A DNA stretch of 64,000 bases from Macrostomum lignano. Taxonomy: Eukaryota. The notes below the pieces were generated by a model. That model was not told the DNA's origin. It ran no database searches and was given only the letters and a program-made list of their open reading frames with translations. Of this stretch, positions 62,761-64,000 are shown in pieces (the stretch's first letter is position 1; each line of letters starts with the position of its first letter). A program made the translations under genes and the position numbers. The stretch lies in contig NIVC01000769.1 in assembly GCA_002269645.1 (NCBI GenBank), positions 186,001 through 250,000 of the forward strand, read 5' to 3'.

Positions 62761-63087
62761 AGGCCGTAGCTTCTTGTGCGTAATTATTGTTATTGTATTA
62801 TGGATTTAGTCAACCCGATATTTTCGAGCGAAGCAGTGGCCTCAGCAGCTCTCAAGAAGGTTGCAGCCGTCAACTGAGCTCTAGACTCAATAGATGGTCC
62901 CCACCCCCACTCCTCTACTTCACCGCTTCAGGTGCACCTGCGAACAAAAAAAATTGCAGGCCGATTCGGGCTAATTTGCAGTGAGCAGGGGAACAACTAT
63001 TTGGCTGCGGGACCAGCTGAGCACCAGGGTAATTCTCAGGTCACTGCCGATCCTCCTTTAGCATCAATTACGCGGGCTGCCTGCTAA

Positions 63088-63330
<243 letters not shown>

Positions 63331-64000
63331 AAAGAAATCCAATCAATCACGCGCCAACTTTAAATGCATTTTGAAAGTTCGGAGGGGGAGAAATATTCGA
63401 ATAGAAGCTCAGTTGGGAAAATATACAGGAAAATCCCTAGAAAAGTTTAAGGCTAAATCGGGCATGAAAGTAAAGTATCTTAAAAAATGAATCCATTCCA
63501 ACTACTTTCTTGCTCTATGCTATGCTTCTCAACTACCAAATTCAATCTAAGTCTTGAGGGTTTGTTTTAATGACTCGAAAACAGTCAAATGCTTTTATTT
63601 CTGTTTCAGCAACTCCCAGTACTTTGCTCCACCTCCCAAAAGCGGAGATGCACTGGGTCGTGAGATTAGCCACGAAGCAATTCCCCGTGTGTGTCCTGCA
63701 GCTTGGAGGGGAAGCATAGGAGTTATCAAGATGAGACAAACACAACAGATTTGCTTCCAGTTGTCCCGTGGGAGCCGGCAGAAATTATTTATCTCGAAAT
63801 CTTTATTAGCGACAGGCCAGGCGGCAGCCGTTCCCGAGTCAGTCCAGAAATTTCAACCCGCTGCTTGGAGAGCGAGATAGGGAAGGAGAGAGCTCTCCAG
63901 CTGGCGGCTGAGAGGCATGAGTAATTGCCTGAGTTGTGGGCAGGCAGACTTTGCCTGCGGCTGCCCACTGGTCCCGCATGTGCTGAGCGAGGCTCGGAAG

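Noticed and set aside
63540-64000. Missing TM1-3 exons of the GPCR
   Set aside because: No minus-strand frame gives hydrophobic helices or GN/LAxxD/DRY motifs, so these exons are presumably beyond the window.

Overview
Eukaryotic (metazoan) genomic DNA with intron-containing genes. It is most consistent with a free-living flatworm of the Macrostomum type; this is an inference from the gene set, the minisatellite-filled introns and a spliced-leader-like 20-mer. Seven protein-coding genes can be assembled exon by exon with GT-AG junctions and matching phases: RP2/XRP2 (5'-partial, +), a FucTA-type alpha-1,3-fucosyltransferase (+), CBF-beta (-), TMEM26 (+), a phospholipid scramblase (+), a two-domain GAPR-1/GLIPR2-like CAP protein (-) and the 3' half of an NPY/NPF-type GPCR (-). 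Introns and intergenic DNA carry about 25 unrelated minisatellite arrays, two tRNA-derived SINE families, LINE fragments, a decayed Harbinger element and a complete non-autonomous Merlin transposon with TIRs and an 8-bp TSD. The most unusual signals are: (1) a CAP-gene intron made entirely of tandem copies of its own splice junction; (2) a sharply bounded 3.5-kb CpG desert with direct deamination evidence in the Merlin ends; (3) a CBF-beta with a long polyAla/Pro/Gln tail; (4) His-to-Asn replacement at both tetrad histidines in both CAP domains; (5) inverted minisatellites flanking two CAP exons. All coordinates and counts were made by hand, and repeat boundaries are approximate.
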